The notes beneath the pieces were generated by a model that saw only the letters and a program-made list of their open reading frames with translations, made no database searches and was not told the DNA's origin. The position numbers and the translations under genes are program-made. This document shows, one piece after another, positions 9,063 through 18,174 of a DNA stretch of 45,210 nt. The stretch comes from Oculatellaceae cyanobacterium bins.114 (GTDB taxonomy: Bacteria; Cyanobacteriota; Cyanobacteriia; Elainellales; Elainellaceae), in assembly GCA_033764315.1 (NCBI GenBank), contig JANRJA010000217.1:1-45210 (forward strand), read 5' to 3'. The first letter of the stretch is position 1. Each line of letters starts with the position of its first letter.

Positions 9063-9258
9063 AGTCAGCATCAAGCGGGTTATCCCAAACCTGTTGAAAG
9101 GCAGACTCAGACAGCTTGGTTGCAGCTAATGTCAACTGATAGTCTGCAATACGTTGAGCTAGAAAATCAATGAAATCTTCAACTTCAGCCAGTTTTTCAG
9201 GCGGAAGCTGACGAATTTTTTCTAGTAAGCGTTGCTCTGACACTGAGCTAATAGACAT
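9049..9258 (-). CDS. DUF2281-type putative antitoxin
   Basis: LLEKIRQLPPEKLAEVEDFIDFL...SESAFQQVWDNPLDADYDEL; overlaps the toxin start. Confidence 0.8.
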   Translation of the reverse strand: MSISSVSEQRLLEKIRQLPPEKLAEVEDFIDFLAQRIADYQLTLAATKLSESAFQQVWDNPLDADYDEL

Positions 9259-9341
9259 AAATCTTGTTCAACATCTTCTCCTAATATTATCCGCGATCGC
9301 CCTCTCCCTTGCATAGAATCAAAGCGATCGCCCCCTTGCTC

Positions 9342-9391
9342 TCACTCCACATGCTTGACATCTGCGATCTTGCATAGCTACAAGTGACCTG
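9342..9391 (+). repeat. 50-bp direct repeat, copy 1 (copy 2 at 10982-11031)
   Basis: TCACTCCACATGCTTGACATYTGCGATCTTGCWTAGCTACAAGTGACCTG, 48/50 identical; both copies are preceded by HIP1. Confidence 0.9.
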
Positions 9392-9479
9392 AGAATATGA
9401 GGTTAGCGATGACGATCGCCTCATCCTACACATGCTTCTACTACACTTGAAAGTAATGCCTACCTAGAGCTTAAGAGCA

Positions 9480-10094
9480 ATGGTTCAAGCGGTTCCTGAG
9501 TTAATGACGTTAGACGAGTTTCTGGATTGGTATCCAGATGGCTACGGTCGTTATGAGTTGTGGAATGGGGTGGTGATTGAAATGCAGCCAACGGGTACCC
9601 ATGAGCAGGTTGCTGGCTTTCTAGCGGGTGAACTATTTTCAGAAATTAGACGGTTGCAATTACCCTACATTATTCCGCGACAGGCGATCGTCAAACTCAC
9701 AGATACTGATAAGTCAGGCTACAACCCGGATGTCATTGTTCTCGATCAGCCAACATTAAGTGAAGAACCACTCTGGAAACAACGCTCCACCGTGACTCAG
9801 GGTAAATCAGTGCGAGTGGTGATTGAGGTGGTGAGCACCAATTGGCGAGACGATTATGGCCACAAGTTTATTGATTATGAAGCGTTGCAGATTCCGGAGT
9901 ATTGGATTGTTGATTATTTAGGATTGGGTGGAAGACGCTATATTGGTCTGCCAAAACAACCGACTCTGTCGATCTATCAATTGATTGACGGGGAATATCA
10001 GGTGCAGCAGTTTCGAGGCAGTAATCGCCTTGTGTCATCGGCGTTTCCTGAATTGAATGTCACAGCGGCTCAAGTCTTTGCGACAGGGCTATAG
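9480..10094 (+). CDS. Uma2 family putative endonuclease
   Basis: MTLDEFL, RYELWNGVVIEM, YNPDVIV, IEVVSTNWRDDY, IPEYWIVDY. Confidence 0.93.
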   Translation: MVQAVPELMTLDEFLDWYPDGYGRYELWNGVVIEMQPTGTHEQVAGFLAGELFSEIRRLQLPYIIPRQAIVKLTDTDKSGYNPDVIVLDQPTLSEEPLWKQRSTVTQGKSVRVVIEVVSTNWRDDYGHKFIDYEALQIPEYWIVDYLGLGGRRYIGLPKQPTLSIYQLIDGEYQVQQFRGSNRLVSSAFPELNVTAAQVFATGL

Positions 10095-10199
10095 CGATCG
10101 CTCTTTTTTGCTCCCTCTTCACTTTCCAATCCTCTATAGGAGAACTTTCGCTACAATTCAGATGAATCAAGTTCAGTGATCAGTTTGAGTGCCACTGAG

Positions 10200-10616
10200 A
10201 TGGTTGCAAAGGATCGGTTTCATGATGCGGTACGCACAGCCCTAGAAAAGGAAGGGTGGATAATTACCGATGACCCCCTCTCGTTCCGATTTGGAGGAGT
10301 GGATGTTCATATTGACTTAGCCGCAGAAAGGTTGATTGCCGCAGAAAGAGATGGACAAAAAATAGCCGTTGAAATCAAGAGCTTTTTAGGAGCATCTGTC
10401 ATTTCAGAATTCCATACAGCCTTGGGGCAATTTATGAATTATCGAACTGTATTGCGTCGTAAAGAACCAGAACGGGCTTTATATCTAGCAGTTCCCCAAG
10501 CCACCTATGATGACTTCTTTCAGCGACAGTTTACACAGGCTGTTATTGAAGATTATCAGCTTAGCTTTGTGGTATATGACGTTGAAAATGAGGTGATTAC
10601 TCAATGGCATCCTTAG
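10200..10616 (+). CDS. xisH: XisH family protein (fdxN element excision controlling factor family)
   Basis: AKDRFHDAVRTALEKEGWIITDDP, DLAAERLIAAER, IAVEIKSF, FHTALGQF, LYLAVP. Confidence 0.93.
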   Translation: MVAKDRFHDAVRTALEKEGWIITDDPLSFRFGGVDVHIDLAAERLIAAERDGQKIAVEIKSFLGASVISEFHTALGQFMNYRTVLRRKEPERALYLAVPQATYDDFFQRQFTQAVIEDYQLSFVVYDVENEVITQWHP

Positions 10617-10939
10617 AAAACTATCGTGCTTATATTAAGCAATTACTAACAGAATATAGTCAGTATCCCTATCGTTATGGGGAAGTCGAGTCACAAACAA
10701 TTTTTGATACAGAACATGATCATTACCAACTTGTGCGGGTGGGTTGGGAAAAGAACCAACGGATTTATGGTTGTGTTCTCCATTTAGATATTAAGGATGG
10801 AAAAATTTGGATTCAATGGAACTCTTCAGATATTGATATTGGTAAGGAATTAATGGCATTAGGCGTTCTCAAACAAGACATTGTGATTGGGTTTCAACCG
10901 GAGTATCTACGCCAGTATTCAGACTACGCTGTTGGCTAG
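10604..10939 (+). CDS. xisI: XisI family protein
   Basis: FDTEHDHYQL, GW...RIYGCVLHLDIKDGKIWIQ, DIVIGF; overlaps xisH. Confidence 0.93.
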   Translation: MASLENYRAYIKQLLTEYSQYPYRYGEVESQTIFDTEHDHYQLVRVGWEKNQRIYGCVLHLDIKDGKIWIQWNSSDIDIGKELMALGVLKQDIVIGFQPEYLRQYSDYAVG

Positions 10940-10981
10940 TGAATTACATAAACCCCGTCAGCTAAATGGCGATCGCCCCTT

Positions 10982-11031
10982 TCACTCCACATGCTTGACA
11001 TTTGCGATCTTGCTTAGCTACAAGTGACCTG
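10982..11031 (+). repeat. 50-bp direct repeat, copy 2
   Basis: 48/50 identical to 9342-9391. Confidence 0.9.
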
Positions 11032-11067
11032 GAGATATGCTGATAACAAAATAATGCCTGCTGTCCC

Positions 11068-11100
11068 AGATCCCCGGCTTTTTGAAAAAGCCGGGGATCT
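11068..11100. repeat. Palindromic AGATCCCCGG-type short repeat, possible terminator
   Basis: AGATCCCCGGCTTTTT-G-AAAAAGCCGGGGATCT. Confidence 0.8.
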
Positions 11101-11139
11101 AATTTAACCTGCGATCGCCCCTCCTATCCACTCACCTCT

Positions 11140-11633
11140 ATGAAGCCTCTCTCTCATCGACTCTGGTTGTCTTGCATTGCAGTCGTTACAACTTCAGGCG
11201 TGATTATTACAAGTCCTGTATTTTCTTCCCAACCATCTGAAGGAGCGATCGCCTCTCCACAACTGGCACAAGTGTCAGAGCAATCAACCTCGGCTCCAGC
11301 CATATAACCCTCCACCATTACAGGCAGACTGGATGAAAACAGTAATATCCTAGAGAGCGATCGCAGTTATTACACACATACATTTGAAGGAGTTGCAGGA
11401 CAGGCGATCGCAATTGAGATGAACAGTAATGAGTTTGACACTTACCTAATTCTGCTTGATCCAAATGGTCTTTTGAGCAAGCATTGGTGATTTATCGGGA
11501 AGTAGGTGATCGCAATCGGGAAGCTAGCGCACTAACTCTTCTGGGCATTGTTTACGGTTCCTTGAGTCAATACTCAGAGGCGATCGCTTACTATCAGCAG
11601 GCATTACCCATCCTTCAAGAAACGGGCGATCGC
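11140..11633 (+). pseudogene. Remnant of a secreted PPC-domain + TPR protein gene
   Basis: From ATG 11140: signal-like N-terminus, premature TAA at 11305-11307, then ITGRLDENS...YTHTFEGVAGQAIAIEMNSNEFDTYLILLDPNG (PPC-like). A frame change near 11470 leads into TPR EQALVIYREVGDR...EAIAYYQQALPILQETGDR, which ends at HIP1 11626-11633. Confidence 0.8.
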
Positions 11634-11663
11634 GTCTTCAACACACTATTAAGATCTGTGGTG

Positions 11664-11879
11664 CTAAGCTGCCTCATTGTCGTCATATGTATTGCAAATA
11701 GTATCACCGTCGTCATAGTAGGGATCGACTAAAGTCTCTAGGTCTTGAATCTTCTCCTCTAAGTCTTGTTCTCGGTTCTCTGAAGCTTGTTTCTCGTTTT
11801 TCAAAACTTCCTTCAAAGCTTTCGTGCATTGCTCTATAGCCTCCGCAAGCTCTTCTGACGAATATTCGTAAAAATCCAT
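11664..11879 (-). CDS. Small acidic coiled-coil hypothetical protein (71 aa)
   Basis: MDFYEYSSEELAEAIEQ...; divergent from the gene at 12030. Confidence 0.5.
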   Translation of the reverse strand: MDFYEYSSEELAEAIEQCTKALKEVLKNEKQASENREQDLEEKIQDLETLVDPYYDDGDTICNTYDDNEAA

Positions 11880-12029
11880 AATTGGGTAAGTTAATAAACA
11901 ATGAAACAATATTCGTATTTTAATACAAGTCAAAAGTTTGTCAATAAATTTCGTCAGTAGTCCTATTTCTAACTATTGAAGCTGAAAATGAGGCTTGCTA
12001 TACTGAGTCGTAGATAAATACAAAAAGCT

Positions 12030-12641
12030 ATGAATAGCGAGTTAGATCGGCGCAAGCACAAAATATACACTGAATCTGAGCAAGCAGGACTTCGGCAAGT
12101 GGCTGAGATTTTGAAACAAACTCGGCTTTCTCAAGAAGGAAAAATTGGCACTCGCAAAAGAAGCAGTGTTCGTGGATTTATTGAGTTATTAGAAGAAAAA
12201 ACAGGAGAACGCTTCAACATTAGTGATATTCAGCGATATGAAGCCGCCGGAGAACCTGATAAACGGTATGGCTTTATCAATGCCGTTCATCCAACCTATT
12301 TAGAGTGTGTTGCACCCCTCACGAGTTATACCGTTGAAGAGTTAAAGGAGATGATGAAAGGGAATCTGACGCAGCGATCGCCCTCGCCTTCTCAAGATGT
12401 ATTGCGAATAAATACTCAAAATACTCAAGCTGTCATGCTTGATTTGTCTCCATCCTTGATGCATTTCATCGAGAAGCATAAAGCCATGTACAACTATCAA
12501 TCGATGTCTCAAGTGATTGAAACTGCGCTTGAAGAGTGGCGCGATCGCGAACTTGAAAAAGCTTATCGAGAAGCATCGGCAGAAGTAGATGGCGACTGGG
12601 ATGTGGTTGTTGCGGATGGATTGACCGATGAAGCGTGGTGA
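12030..12641 (+). CDS. Fusion of an N-terminal HTH-like domain with a C-terminal ribbon-helix-helix antitoxin
   Basis: C-terminal LDLSPSLMHFIE...SQVIETALEEWRDRELEKAYREASAEVDGDWDVVVADGL is typical of cyanobacterial RHH antitoxins and overlaps mazF. Extended -10 TGcTATACT at 11996-12004. Confidence 0.7.
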   Translation: MNSELDRRKHKIYTESEQAGLRQVAEILKQTRLSQEGKIGTRKRSSVRGFIELLEEKTGERFNISDIQRYEAAGEPDKRYGFINAVHPTYLECVAPLTSYTVEELKEMMKGNLTQRSPSPSQDVLRINTQNTQAVMLDLSPSLMHFIEKHKAMYNYQSMSQVIETALEEWRDRELEKAYREASAEVDGDWDVVVADGLTDEAW

Positions 12642-12966
12642 AATCTACTATGCTGACCTAAATCCAGTCGTGGGGTCTGAAACTGCAAAGCGGCGTCCAG
12701 TTCTCATTGTCAGCAACAACGCCAACAACCGTGCAGCGACAACTGTGACGGTTTTGCCAATTACGTCTAACGTGACTCGTGTCTATCCGTTTGAAGTATT
12801 GCTTAGCCCAGAGGACAGCAGTTTGCCCAAACCTTCAAAAGCTCAAGCTCAACAAATTCGCACCATTTCTAAACACCGTATAGAACGAGGTGTTGTAGGT
12901 TTGATCTCTGAAGAAACAATGCAAGTTGTTGATGCAGCTATCAAACTCCACTTAAACCTGGATTGA
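12628..12966 (+). CDS. mazF: MazF/PemK family endoribonuclease toxin
   Basis: MKRGEIYYADLNPVVGSE..KRRPVLIVSNN, VLPITS, SKAQAQQIRTISK. Confidence 0.93.
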   Translation: MKRGEIYYADLNPVVGSETAKRRPVLIVSNNANNRAATTVTVLPITSNVTRVYPFEVLLSPEDSSLPKPSKAQAQQIRTISKHRIERGVVGLISEETMQVVDAAIKLHLNLD

Positions 12967-13049
12967 TGTTGAATCTCCAGCTTCTGATGTGAGCCTCAAC
13001 CAGTGAAATCAACATGTTCAATAAAAGTTAGAGATTTGGTGATGAGTTT

Positions 13050-13811
13050 TTATCGTTGCCCACAATACTGAACGGTTTCATCAATCAGTCGTTGCTCTTG
13101 ACCTGCTGCACTCACGATCGCCTCATAAGCGCGATCGGCAGACTCAGAATCCTGTTCGTTTGCTGACTCAACCAAATTGCGAGAAGCATCGCCCATCGTA
13201 GAGTAGGTTGAAATAAAGCGTTGCTTCAACCCTTGCAATCGTCCATCGGTGATACGTAAGCGTTGCATTGTTGAGGAAGTGCGATCGACTAAGCCAATCA
13301 ACTGCACAAAAGGAGCCGGATCACCTGGAGTGATGGCTTGAGAAATGGTTTGAGCTTCGGTTCCTGCCTGGCTGATCAAGCCAGCTAACATCAAACATTC
13401 ATCGGTTCGAGCGATGCCAACGGGCATATCGAGCAACTCTGGAAATGCCATGATTTCTCGTGACCAATCAAACCGTGCTTGAGGCCGACGAGGTTGGGTG
13501 GGGGTAGTGTTGGCCACGGCACTGGCAACCGGACAGTTAGAAATGTTGGAAACAGACGCTCTCGTATCGCGCCAGTTTTCGACTTGGCGTCGGAAGCTGA
13601 CTAACTCGCTGCGATAGGCAGGTGAGGTTTGGGATGAGCCAATCAGGGGATCAATAACCTCTAACGCTTCGTTCCAGTCATTCTGGCAAACTGCTTCCTG
13701 CAAGTTGGCTTGCAACTCAACATCACTCACTTGAGTGGTGGTTTGAGCATGGGCTGGCAGCGTCATCAATGCTAAAGGAATCAGGGCGATCGCGTAAAGA
13801 TTTTTCAGCAT
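13050..13811 (-). CDS. Secreted hypothetical protein
   Basis: Signal peptide ending AHA; mostly helical composition. Confidence 0.75.
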   Translation of the reverse strand: MLKNLYAIALIPLALMTLPAHAQTTTQVSDVELQANLQEAVCQNDWNEALEVIDPLIGSSQTSPAYRSELVSFRRQVENWRDTRASVSNISNCPVASAVANTTPTQPRRPQARFDWSREIMAFPELLDMPVGIARTDECLMLAGLISQAGTEAQTISQAITPGDPAPFVQLIGLVDRTSSTMQRLRITDGRLQGLKQRFISTYSTMGDASRNLVESANEQDSESADRAYEAIVSAAGQEQRLIDETVQYCGQR

Positions 13812-13858
13812 AGGAGTTAGCTTATTTCAATAAACGTGGGCAGATCGAACTCAGCCAA

Positions 13859-14353
13859 TTAATTGGGGTACCGCATTTGAATTGGAACGGTCGTCTCAGG
13901 GCCGGCTACTAAAAATATGGCATCTTCAAACCGAGCTGGGCCTGTATCAGCAGGTGCATCATTGGAAAAACCATATCCTTCGATGGGTGCGCCAAAGGTG
14001 CCTCGATTCAACACTTCATCGCCATTACTATCGTGATAGATAGCCACAGCATAGGTGCCCGATGTCAAATTCTCAAAGGTATACTGCAAAGGGTCATCTG
14101 GGTTTTCGGTGGGAATGGAGGCGATCGCCACGCAGGTTCGTTGCACTGCGCTGTCATTGTCATTGGGAAACCCTCGACTCCCTGAAAACACCTTGAAACA
14201 AATATTGCCCTCTTGATTTCTCAGGTTTTCGACTTGTATGGTTAAATTTCCAACCAACTGAGCGTGAGCCGTTGTTTGCCAAAGACAGCTTCCTAATCCA
14301 GTTAAAACTAATACAGCAATTCGTTTCACGCTGACATTCCTATTTGAAATCAT
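13859..14353 (-). CDS. DUF2141 family protein
   Basis: Signal peptide; GTYAVAIYHDSNGD..LN.G.FGAP.EGYGFSN. Confidence 0.88.
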   Translation of the reverse strand: MISNRNVSVKRIAVLVLTGLGSCLWQTTAHAQLVGNLTIQVENLRNQEGNICFKVFSGSRGFPNDNDSAVQRTCVAIASIPTENPDDPLQYTFENLTSGTYAVAIYHDSNGDEVLNRGTFGAPIEGYGFSNDAPADTGPARFEDAIFLVAGPETTVPIQMRYPN

Positions 14354-14540
14354 GGGATGACTTAAGCCTCTTTAATTGTAGGAATAATAAGTAGTGCGAT
14401 CGCAATGATTGTGCCTTCAGAGATAAAATTTAATCTGATTAAACAGATGGCGATGACGGCAAATAGATCCATCCTCAAGATATTAGGTCTACCCAACTGC
14501 CGTATTATTAGAATTTGAAGCATCAGCCGCCCTATGCATT

Positions 14541-14582
14541 GACTGGCACAATTGGACTGGCACAACTGGACTGGCAAAGTTG
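14541..14582 (+). repeat. Three tandem 14-bp repeats
   Basis: GACTGGCACAATTG GACTGGCACAACTG GACTGGCAAAGTTG. Confidence 0.8.
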
Positions 14583-14634
14583 ACTAAAAAAACTTCTCAC
14601 ATGCTTAAAGCCTCATAGATTAGCACAGTGTTGT

Positions 14635-15099
14635 ATGTCATTTATTTACCCTCGGAATGTTCACTTTAAAGACACAGATGCGGCTGGAGTAGTTTACTTC
14701 GCCAATGTTATGTCAATGTGTCATGAGGCATATGAAGCCTCACTTGCCGCTTCAGGAATTGACCTCAACGCCTTCTTTTGTTATCCCAAAATTGCCATTC
14801 CGATTACGCATGTCACGGTTGATTTTATGCGTCCTATGTTTTGTGGGGATAACTTGCAAATTCATGTCAATCCAAAGCAACTTAAAGGAGATGAATTTGA
14901 GATTCAATATGAAATTTTTTCGGTCGAAAAAGTTGTAGAAGAAATCACTCAAGTTCAAGAAGTGTGCACAGCTAGAGCTTTTAGCAAACATGTTTGCATC
15001 GATGCGGTCAATCGAGTTCGCATTAACCTGCCACCCCATGTCACACAGTGGTTAGAAAGGTGGGGTGAGTCGCTCAGTGAATCGGTCGAATTACTTTAA
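14635..15099 (+). CDS. 1,4-dihydroxy-2-naphthoyl-CoA hydrolase (hotdog thioesterase)
   Basis: VHFKDTDAAGVVYFAN...CHEAYEASL; next to menE and menC. Confidence 0.88.
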   Translation: MSFIYPRNVHFKDTDAAGVVYFANVMSMCHEAYEASLAASGIDLNAFFCYPKIAIPITHVTVDFMRPMFCGDNLQIHVNPKQLKGDEFEIQYEIFSVEKVVEEITQVQEVCTARAFSKHVCIDAVNRVRINLPPHVTQWLERWGESLSESVELL

Positions 15100-15152
15100 G
15101 ATTGATTTAGCAACATGCCATCTGAAGTCAGTCCATACCCTGATTCAAAAAG

Positions 15153-16547
15153 CTATACATACGCCAGTTTCAATTGCTGCCGATTAATTTTTCCTTGAGA
15201 ATTTCGCGGAATTTCTGTAACAGCAACCCATTTTTTAGGACATTTGAACCGACTAATTTTATTAGCCATTTCTGCCTGAATTTCTAAACTGTGAATCTCC
15301 GGATGTTGAGGGACATAAATGGCTGTTACAACTTCTCCCCAATGGGCATCTGGTAAGCCAACCACACAGACGTCAGTAACTAAACCTGTAGCTAAAATAG
15401 CTGATTCAACTTCAGGAGGGAAAACATTTTCTCCTCCTGTAATAATTTTTTCACTGTTGCGCCCCACTATATTTAATTCGCCTCGATCATCCAAAAAGCC
15501 CACATCATCTGTTTCAAAATAGGGCGTTAGATCCAATAAAGTGGGGTAATAACCCAAGGCTAGAGAGGCGGCTTGAATCACGACTTTGCCAACGTGATTA
15601 GCAGGCAAGATTTGATGATTTGCATCGAGAATCATAATCTGAGCATGGGGCAGTATATTCCCCAAACTGGTGTGTCCTTGCAAAAACTTTTGAGGGGTTA
15701 AGGTCGCTACTTGCGAGGCAGTTTCAGTCATGCCATAGGTCGGTGCTAGCGGAATACCTCGTTGTCGGGCCATATTGAGCAGGCGATCGCTGGCAGGTGC
15801 TCCTCCTAATAAAACGGTTTGAAACTGGGTTAACCAATCCGCTAAGTCAGGGGTTTGTAGCAGTTGTTGCAACTGAGTCGGCACTAACGATAGAAACCCA
15901 TGAGACGACTGGAGTTGAGGTTTAAGCCCACTCTTGAGGTCTTTAAAGGGCAGCGTAACAAACTGTCCACCTGAGGTAAACGAACGGAGAAATTGCATCA
16001 ATCCACTGACGTGATGCAGCGGCAACACACAGCAAGAATGAACTTGCTCGACCTCAAAGTGTTGCTGAAATCCTTGCACTGAAGCCATTAAGGTGTGCCA
16101 GGTATGAATGGCAAAGCGAATGACACCCGATGACCCACCCGTTGGAATCATGATCCACCCTTTCTCATTAGTCGGGTGACTGAGTTGTCGCTCCAAGTAA
16201 TTTTGAACTGGAAATGGGGGACAATGCGAAGTCGCTTCCCCTGCAAGAGCATCGCCCCAAAACACATGAGGTTGCACCAATTGCCAAACCTGTTGCCACT
16301 CCACAGCTGCCCATTGGGGGTTACCTAAAAATACAGGACACTGGGCACTACAAGCTGCAATGAAGCCTGCTAAAAGGCGAGTAGGGTCTGACTCTACGAT
16401 CAAAATACGAGGCAAAATCCCCTGTTGCAAAAGATGGGTAAGCTGCTGCGATCGCTCTATGGCCTGCTCTGTCAACTGCTGAGAGTCAACCCCAATCAAC
16501 CAGGAATCTTTAGAACGCTGTTGCAGACGGATTAAAGGCGTTGCCAT
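15153..16547 (-). CDS. menE: O-succinylbenzoate-CoA ligase
   Basis: IPTGGSSG, LPLHHVSGLMQ, PTYGMTETASQ, IITGGENVFP, RNSQGK; ATG at 16547 overlaps the menC end. Confidence 0.92.
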   Translation of the reverse strand: MATPLIRLQQRSKDSWLIGVDSQQLTEQAIERSQQLTHLLQQGILPRILIVESDPTRLLAGFIAACSAQCPVFLGNPQWAAVEWQQVWQLVQPHVFWGDALAGEATSHCPPFPVQNYLERQLSHPTNEKGWIMIPTGGSSGVIRFAIHTWHTLMASVQGFQQHFEVEQVHSCCVLPLHHVSGLMQFLRSFTSGGQFVTLPFKDLKSGLKPQLQSSHGFLSLVPTQLQQLLQTPDLADWLTQFQTVLLGGAPASDRLLNMARQRGIPLAPTYGMTETASQVATLTPQKFLQGHTSLGNILPHAQIMILDANHQILPANHVGKVVIQAASLALGYYPTLLDLTPYFETDDVGFLDDRGELNIVGRNSEKIITGGENVFPPEVESAILATGLVTDVCVVGLPDAHWGEVVTAIYVPQHPEIHSLEIQAEMANKISRFKCPKKWVAVTEIPRNSQGKINRQQLKLAYV

Positions 16548-17482
16548 AGATCGTGACTGGGAGACTGATTGAAATCGTCTGAGAACCAATGATTTACCCC
16601 AAAACCAATAGCCCGTCGGTGTTGGGGCAGTGAGGGCAAGAGGCGATCGAGAATGAATTGTTGAGCAACTGTGGTTTCAAACACCGATGACCAAACCACA
16701 TCCACACCGGGTTGTTGGCAAAACTGCCGTAACCGCTGAGGTGAACCTGCGATCGCCGCTTTAATGACAAACACCCCTCGCCAACCACGCTGATAGCACG
16801 CCTCTAATTGACCGAGGGTAGCGACAGATTCATCTAAAGCGATCGGTGTAGAATAACGCTGGCTCAACTGCAACATGACATCAAACTGATCCACTGCAAG
16901 GGGTTGTTCTAAAAACTCCACACGAGAATCGTGCTGACACTGTGCCAACCATTGCTTGGCTTCAGCTTCAGACAAGCCTCCATTAGCATCTAACCGCAGC
17001 TTGGCTTCCCTGGGTAGCTTTTGCAGCAATTGTTCAAATAAGGCAAGTTCTTGAGCAAGAGGAGCGACGCCAATCTTCCACTTAAAGGTGTGTCCCTGTT
17101 TCCAAAAGGCTTGCCACGCCGACAAAGCCGCCTCTCCAGCAGGCAACAACCGACTGTAGTTAAGTGACGCTACTGAGCCAGAGACAGGTTTTTGAAGCAT
17201 TTCCCAGGCTGACTCAAACCCAAATCGACAGGCTGGTAAATTGTCTGGAATTGAAAAAATTGCTTCAGTTGCAATTTCATCTGGTAGATCATGGCAAAAG
17301 GCGATCGCCTCTGCCAGAGTCTCACTGCCAAACCAGGCTAATGGAGCAATCTCACCAAAACCACTCCGTCCTAAAGCATCCGTGAGTCGAATCAAAATAC
17401 CCTGGCGATCGCACCACTCTCCCTGACTTGTCACCAGAGGCGGTTGAAAGGGGCGGCTATACTCACGCCACTCAAACCGCAT
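16532..17482 (-). CDS. menC: O-succinylbenzoate synthase
   Basis: GFGEIAPL, FKWKIG, LRLDANG, EFLEQP, IALDES. Confidence 0.92.
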   Translation of the reverse strand: MRFEWREYSRPFQPPLVTSQGEWCDRQGILIRLTDALGRSGFGEIAPLAWFGSETLAEAIAFCHDLPDEIATEAIFSIPDNLPACRFGFESAWEMLQKPVSGSVASLNYSRLLPAGEAALSAWQAFWKQGHTFKWKIGVAPLAQELALFEQLLQKLPREAKLRLDANGGLSEAEAKQWLAQCQHDSRVEFLEQPLAVDQFDVMLQLSQRYSTPIALDESVATLGQLEACYQRGWRGVFVIKAAIAGSPQRLRQFCQQPGVDVVWSSVFETTVAQQFILDRLLPSLPQHRRAIGFGVNHWFSDDFNQSPSHDLWQRL

Positions 17483-17532
17483 TGGAGAGCAGGATGAAAC
17501 CTTTCCAGCCTTCATCCTTCATCCTTCATCTT

Positions 17533-18174
17533 TTAGATTTCAGGGCCAGTTGGTTTGACTTTTGACTTAGCTCTAGCAGCACTCTTTTTCAGAGCATCTA
17601 GACGCAATTCATAGCGGCGGCGAACTCGTTTCTTGGGAGTTTGCTCAATCAAAACTTTAAGGGCACTCCCTAAACTCTTGTAGGCGTTGGGCAAGGTATA
17701 GCCAAACCGAGTCGCGAGGCTGATCGCCTTATCATCAGCGTCGATCGCCTCTCTCAAGGTCTTTTCACCGTTGTTGCGCTGATATAACCGCCATCCCGAC
17801 ACACCACACAACGCCAATGCCAGAATCAGCAACAATCCGTCTTGAACCCACAACTCACCGACCGCACCCCCTAAGCCGATCGCTAGAGCAGCCATCTCCC
17901 AGCCGTCTTTAGGAATCGTATCGTTTTGAATCCGGGCGACTTCATGCCAAAACAACAAGTTCCGCTGATCGAGTGCCAGCATATCCCACTTTGCTAAATC
18001 AATCTGCACCTCAACCTGGTCTTTGCCAATTTCTTCAGAGGTAACGAGAGGTGGGTTAACGGCAGTGGACGCCTCTACTGAAACCCAGCTTTTTAACTCA
18101 GGAGGCAGCAGGGTCTTTAGCCGCCGAAGTTCGCTGAGGTCAGCTCTGACAGAAGAGGTTGCATATGAAGTCAT
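17533..18174 (-). CDS. DUF3318 family conserved cyanobacterial membrane protein
   Basis: ELRRLKTLLPPEL, QRNLLFWHEVARIQ, GWEMAALAIGLGGAVGELWVQD. Confidence 0.8.
   Translation of the reverse strand: MTSYATSSVRADLSELRRLKTLLPPELKSWVSVEASTAVNPPLVTSEEIGKDQVEVQIDLAKWDMLALDQRNLLFWHEVARIQNDTIPKDGWEMAALAIGLGGAVGELWVQDGLLLILALALCGVSGWRLYQRNNGEKTLREAIDADDKAISLATRFGYTLPNAYKSLGSALKVLIEQTPKKRVRRRYELRLDALKKSAARAKSKVKPTGPEI

Noticed and set aside
10200..10939. xisH/xisI as evidence of an fdxN-type excision element
   Set aside because: No XisF serine recombinase or interrupted nif gene; xisHI pairs are common standalone modules.
11484..11732. 82-aa TPR ORF as an independent gene
   Set aside because: It is a fragment of the pseudogene; the tail after HIP1 is antisense read-through of the neighbouring ORF.
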